From contig PSLZ01000016.1 in assembly GCA_040289885.1 (NCBI GenBank), positions 1,551 to 65,550 of the forward strand: a stretch of DNA of 64,000 nt, in the 5' to 3' direction. Of this stretch, positions 60,649 to 64,000 are shown one piece after another. The position numbers were made by a program, and so were the translations under genes. The stretch is from Armatimonadota bacterium (GTDB lineage: Bacteria > Armatimonadota > HRBIN16). Position 1 is the stretch's first letter; each line of letters begins with the position of its first letter. Below the pieces are notes generated by a model. It was not told the origin of the DNA and ran no database searches. It was given only the letters and a program-made list of their open reading frames with translations.

Positions 60649-61605
60649 ATGAAACAACGTCGACCGCTGAAGCTGTTTGCCGGGAATGGAAACCCTGACC
60701 TTGCCCAGCGTATCGCCGCCGAGCTGGGCACACCACTGGGTCAATTGCTTCTACGCCGGTTCAGCGACGGAGAGATACGCATCGAGTGCGATGAGAGCGT
60801 GCGCGGATGCGATGTGTTCGTGATCCAGTCGTTCTGCTCGCCCATCCATGACCACCTGATGGAACTGCTCATCCTGCTGGACGCTCTGCGACGCGCCTCC
60901 GCCGCGCGTCTGACGGCGGTCATCCCCTATTTCGCCTACGCCCGCCAGGAGAAGCGTGCCTCCCCGCGCGACCCCGTGCCCGCCAAAGTGGTGGCGGATA
61001 TGCTGACTACCGCGGGTGCAGACCGGGTGATCACCATGGACCTGCACGACGAGGCGATTGCAGGCTTCTTCCACATCCCGGTGGACGACCTCAGCGCGCT
61101 GTCGATGCTGGTGCGCCACTATGTCGCCCAACGCGAGCCGCAAACCGTGGTCGTGGCGCCTGATGCGGGAGCGGTGCGTCTGGCGCGTGCGCTTGCTACC
61201 CGACTGAACGCCCCGCTGGCGGCTGCTTACACGCGCGGACATGCCGATAGCCCCACCCATGTACGGTTTGCCGGGGACGTACAGGGTCTGAAGCCGCTCA
61301 TCGTGGAAGACATGATCGTCACCGGCAGGCGGTTGGAAACCTGTATGCATGCGCTTCTGCGGCGCGGATGCCTGCCCGAAATCCGGGTCGCAGCCACGCA
61401 TGGGGTGTTTGCAGGCGACGCCCTTCAGCGCGTCATGCTTCCGGAGGTGGTGGAGCTGGTGGTCACCGACACCCTCCCGCAAACGCATAAGCATCCCCGC
61501 GTCACCGTGCTCCCGACCGCCCATCTGTTTGCAGAAGCCATCCGAAGAGCGTATAATAACAGGATGCTGGACCTTTCGCTGACACTCGCACGAATCACCG
61601 ACTGA
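60649..61605 (+). CDS. prs: Ribose-phosphate pyrophosphokinase Prs.
   Basis: Motifs KLFAGNGNPDLAQRIA, DLHD and the PRPP-binding loop LIVEDMIVTG. Confidence 0.9.
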   Translation: MKQRRPLKLFAGNGNPDLAQRIAAELGTPLGQLLLRRFSDGEIRIECDESVRGCDVFVIQSFCSPIHDHLMELLILLDALRRASAARLTAVIPYFAYARQEKRASPRDPVPAKVVADMLTTAGADRVITMDLHDEAIAGFFHIPVDDLSALSMLVRHYVAQREPQTVVVAPDAGAVRLARALATRLNAPLAAAYTRGHADSPTHVRFAGDVQGLKPLIVEDMIVTGRRLETCMHALLRRGCLPEIRVAATHGVFAGDALQRVMLPEVVELVVTDTLPQTHKHPRVTVLPTAHLFAEAIRRAYNNRMLDLSLTLARITD

Positions 61606-61615
61606 GGAGTACCCG

Positions 61616-61912
61616 ATGGCACAGCGATTGACTCTGGAACAGATAGCGCATGTGGCACGGCTGGCGCGATTGGCGCTGAGCGAAGAAGACCTGCGCCAGA
61701 TGGAAAAACACCTCAATAACCTGATGGCGCAGTTCGAACGCCTGCAGGAGCTGGACACGACGGGCGTGGAGCCAACGGCGCACTCGTTCCCGGTATACAA
61801 CGTGTTCCGCGAGGACGTCGTACAGCCCTCTTTGCCCCAGGAAGAGATCCTCGCCAACGCGCCTGAACAACGGGACGGCTGTTTTGTGGTGCCGCTCATC
61901 GTGGAGGGGTGA
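61616..61912 (+). CDS. gatC: Asp/Glu-tRNA(Asn/Gln) amidotransferase subunit C (GatC).
   Basis: 98 aa. N-terminus LTLEQIAHVARLARLALSEEDL and C-terminal VTGV-like block. Typical GatC size. Confidence 0.85.
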   Translation: MAQRLTLEQIAHVARLARLALSEEDLRQMEKHLNNLMAQFERLQELDTTGVEPTAHSFPVYNVFREDVVQPSLPQEEILANAPEQRDGCFVVPLIVEG

Positions 61913-61953
61913 ACGCCAGGATCCATCTCCACGCCGTTCGGAAGGGTAAGCGG

Positions 61954-62994
61954 ATGAAAGAGGCTGTTCCTGTTCTGCCGGGTGCCACGCGCGAAGAGAT
62001 TCTGCAGGTCATGCGCGAGCTGGGGCAACCCGCCTATCGCGCCGAGCAGATCGCCCAGTGGGTCTATCGTCACGCCGCCAGCGACTACGCGCAGATGACC
62101 AACCTGCCCCTTGCCCTGCGCCAGAGCCTGGCGGAGCGACTGCCCTTGCAACGCCTGCAAACCGTCCGAGCCCAGCAGTCGGTGGACGGCACGATCAAGT
62201 ACCTCTTCGAGCTGGCAGATGGTGAGCGTGTGGAAGCGGTCTTCCTGCCGTACGAGGACCGTACCTCTGTGTGCATCTCCTCGCAGGTGGGATGCGCCGC
62301 GGGGTGCCGATTCTGTGCAACCGCACAGATGGGTTGCGCGCGCAACCTCACCGCCGGCGAGATGGTGGATGAAGTGCTCTCTATCCAGCAGATGACGGGA
62401 CGGCGCATCAGTCATGTGGTGTACATGGGCATGGGCGAACCGCTGTGGAACCTGCAGGAGGTGATCAAAAGCATTCACCTGCTGAACAAAGAGGTGGGCA
62501 TCTCCCAGCGGCACATCACGGTCTCCACGGTGGGCGTGGTGCCGGCGATCTATGAGCTGGCACAGCACCAACTGCAGATTACCCTTGCCATCTCCCTGCA
62601 CGCTCCCGATGACGAACTGCGCGCGCGCCTGATGCCCGTCGGGCGCAAGTGGAAGGTGCAGGAGCTGATTGCCTCCGCAAAGCACTACACCGAAGTCACG
62701 GGACGCAAGGTAACTTTCGAGTATCTGCTGTTACGCGGGGTCAACGACGAGCCGCACCACGCGCGCGCCCTGGCGAGGCTGGTACGCGGGATGGTCTGCA
62801 ACGTCAACCTGATACCGTTCAACCAGGTGGAAACGCCCGACGGTTTCACCCGTCCCGAGCCCGAACGGGTGGCACGCTTCCGCCGATTGCTGGAAGAGGC
62901 AGGGATTGTGGTCACCCAGCGCGTCGAGAAAGGGTATGACATCTCCGCAGCGTGCGGGCAGTTGAAACTGGAAACGGTGCGAGCGCGCTCATGA
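61954..62994 (+). CDS. rlmN: 23S rRNA m2A2503 / tRNA m2A37 methyltransferase RlmN (radical SAM).
   Basis: CISSQVGCAAGCRFCATAQMG radical-SAM CxxxCxxC motif and RlmN-family C-terminal blocks. The start may be 61909 (alternative). Confidence 0.85.
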   Translation: MKEAVPVLPGATREEILQVMRELGQPAYRAEQIAQWVYRHAASDYAQMTNLPLALRQSLAERLPLQRLQTVRAQQSVDGTIKYLFELADGERVEAVFLPYEDRTSVCISSQVGCAAGCRFCATAQMGCARNLTAGEMVDEVLSIQQMTGRRISHVVYMGMGEPLWNLQEVIKSIHLLNKEVGISQRHITVSTVGVVPAIYELAQHQLQITLAISLHAPDDELRARLMPVGRKWKVQELIASAKHYTEVTGRKVTFEYLLLRGVNDEPHHARALARLVRGMVCNVNLIPFNQVETPDGFTRPEPERVARFRRLLEEAGIVVTQRVEKGYDISAACGQLKLETVRARS

Positions 62995-64000
62995 AACGGT
63001 GGGGTCTCCTCTGGATAGCGATCGTAGGATGGTTGGGCGGAGCGAACCCTGCCATCGCGCAGTCGCCGCAGGAGCTCCTGCAGACAGCGCTCGCTCGGAT
63101 CGTTCAAGCCGCACGCGCGGATTCGGAACCCACCGCATGGCGTGCCGAGGGCAGGGTGCAACTGCTCTATCCGCTGTCCAATTTAGGCACTATCACGTTG
63201 ACGGAGGATGGAGCAAACTTTCACGTGGTTCTGCGCATGGGCGGGGTCACCACCGAAAACGCCTACGACGCCATCACAGGCAAAGGCTGGCGCCGACAGC
63301 ACGGTGCACTCCTGCCCCTTGTCTCCGACGAGGCAACCCAGTTTGCGCGGTTCTCCGTGCAGGCTCTACTTACTGTTCTGACCCGCGGGGCGCGCGGCGA
63401 CCTCGGCGTGATAGACGGCGGCACCGCTACCCTGCCCGATGGGCGCACCGCGCGCTGGCTCCAGATAGTGCCTCACCGGGGAACGCCCTGGGACATCTAC
63501 CTCGACACGCAGGGCGAACTGCTGGCATGGGGCTATCATGAGAGCGATTCCTTCCGCCGCCTCCCCACGCGGTTTGTGATAGTCCCGTCTGGGTGGCGCG
63601 AATCGGGAGCGGTGCGCGCACCGAGCGCGCTGAAAGTGTACGAGGACGACCGACACGTCCAGACGGTGCACTGGGAAAGGATCGCGCATCTGCCCACCTC
63701 TGCACTGCTTCCCCTGCTGAACCCGCCCGCACCCTTGCCCGCTCCAGACGGGCGTCCTGTAACCTTTCCAGTTCGGTTCTTTCAGCGTTTGATATTGCTG
63801 AAAGCGAAGCTGAACGGGCACGAATACCTACTGCTTCTGGACACCGGCGCGGCGATCACTGTGATCGACAAGCCCGTCGCCGACGCGCTTCGCTTGCCGC
63901 CGGGGGAGCGCATGAACGTACTGGGCGCAAGCGGGCAGGGGGAATCCACCATCACCCGTCTGCAAAGCCTCGAGCTGGGCAGGGTGAAGTTACGGAACCT
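62991..64000 (+). CDS. Partial (3' end beyond the window) secreted protein with a C-terminal retropepsin-like (clan AA) aspartic protease domain.
   Basis: ATG 62991 overlaps the rlmN stop (ATGA). Signal MKRWGLLWIAIVGWLGGANPAIAQS. ...GHEYLLLLDTGAAITVID carries the DTG active-site motif. It is absent from the ORF track (no in-window stop). Confidence 0.6.
   Translation, partial: MKRWGLLWIAIVGWLGGANPAIAQSPQELLQTALARIVQAARADSEPTAWRAEGRVQLLYPLSNLGTITLTEDGANFHVVLRMGGVTTENAYDAITGKGWRRQHGALLPLVSDEATQFARFSVQALLTVLTRGARGDLGVIDGGTATLPDGRTARWLQIVPHRGTPWDIYLDTQGELLAWGYHESDSFRRLPTRFVIVPSGWRESGAVRAPSALKVYEDDRHVQTVHWERIAHLPTSALLPLLNPPAPLPAPDGRPVTFPVRFFQRLILLKAKLNGHEYLLLLDTGAAITVIDKPVADALRLPPGERMNVLGASGQGESTITRLQSLELGRVKLRN

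Overview
This is a high-GC (about 60-65% by eye) bacterial chromosomal segment in which most coding runs on the minus strand and gene packing is tight. Almost all of it is housekeeping.

Identified genes:
- DNA repair: mutY, uvrA, mutL.
- Division / cell wall: ftsE-ftsX-envC-like M23 peptidase, PBP1A, PBP2.
- Protein quality control: tig-clpP-clpX-lon.
- Aromatic amino-acid and lipid operon: DAHP synthase-tyrA-aroA-cmk-plsC.
- Menaquinone / isoprenoid: ubiE/menG and a polyprenyl synthase.
- Nucleotide and translation: purE, purA, prs, gatC, rlmN, tRNA-Leu(CAA), tRNA-Gly(CCC).
- An OmpW/OmpA-like beta-barrel ending in ...GYRF and a BepA-like M48/TPR peptidase indicate a diderm envelope.

Points of note:
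- A SigH-family sigma factor sits behind a perfect TTGACA-17-TATAGT promoter.
- Selenium utilisation is encoded. selD carries an in-frame UGA (Sec) followed by a SECIS-like hairpin, so the ORF track truncated it. selB lies 32 kb away.
- A KaiC-like double-RecA ATPase (apparently frameshifted) is translationally coupled to a histidine kinase and a hybrid kinase/response regulator.
- The clearest accessory-looking element is a GC-poor two-gene module between mutL and a membrane protein. It encodes an ABC-type 'defence-style' ATPase (AAA_15/21-like) plus a 150-aa overlapping partner of unknown family. It is a candidate novel or poorly described antiphage/toxin system.
- An 80-bp palindromic MITE-like element sits exactly at the ftsE/ftsX overlap, flanked by a 16-bp duplication that keeps both genes intact. 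A related repeat cluster lies upstream of purA.
- Possibly decayed genes include a GH31 glycosidase with an internal deletion, a GntR/AraR-like remnant, and a frameshifted N-terminus of the M48 peptidase.
- A coiled-coil tandem-repeat protein with a C-terminal PD-(D/E)XK-like domain ends the aroF-plsC run.

No rRNA, CRISPR, transposase or integrase was detected.
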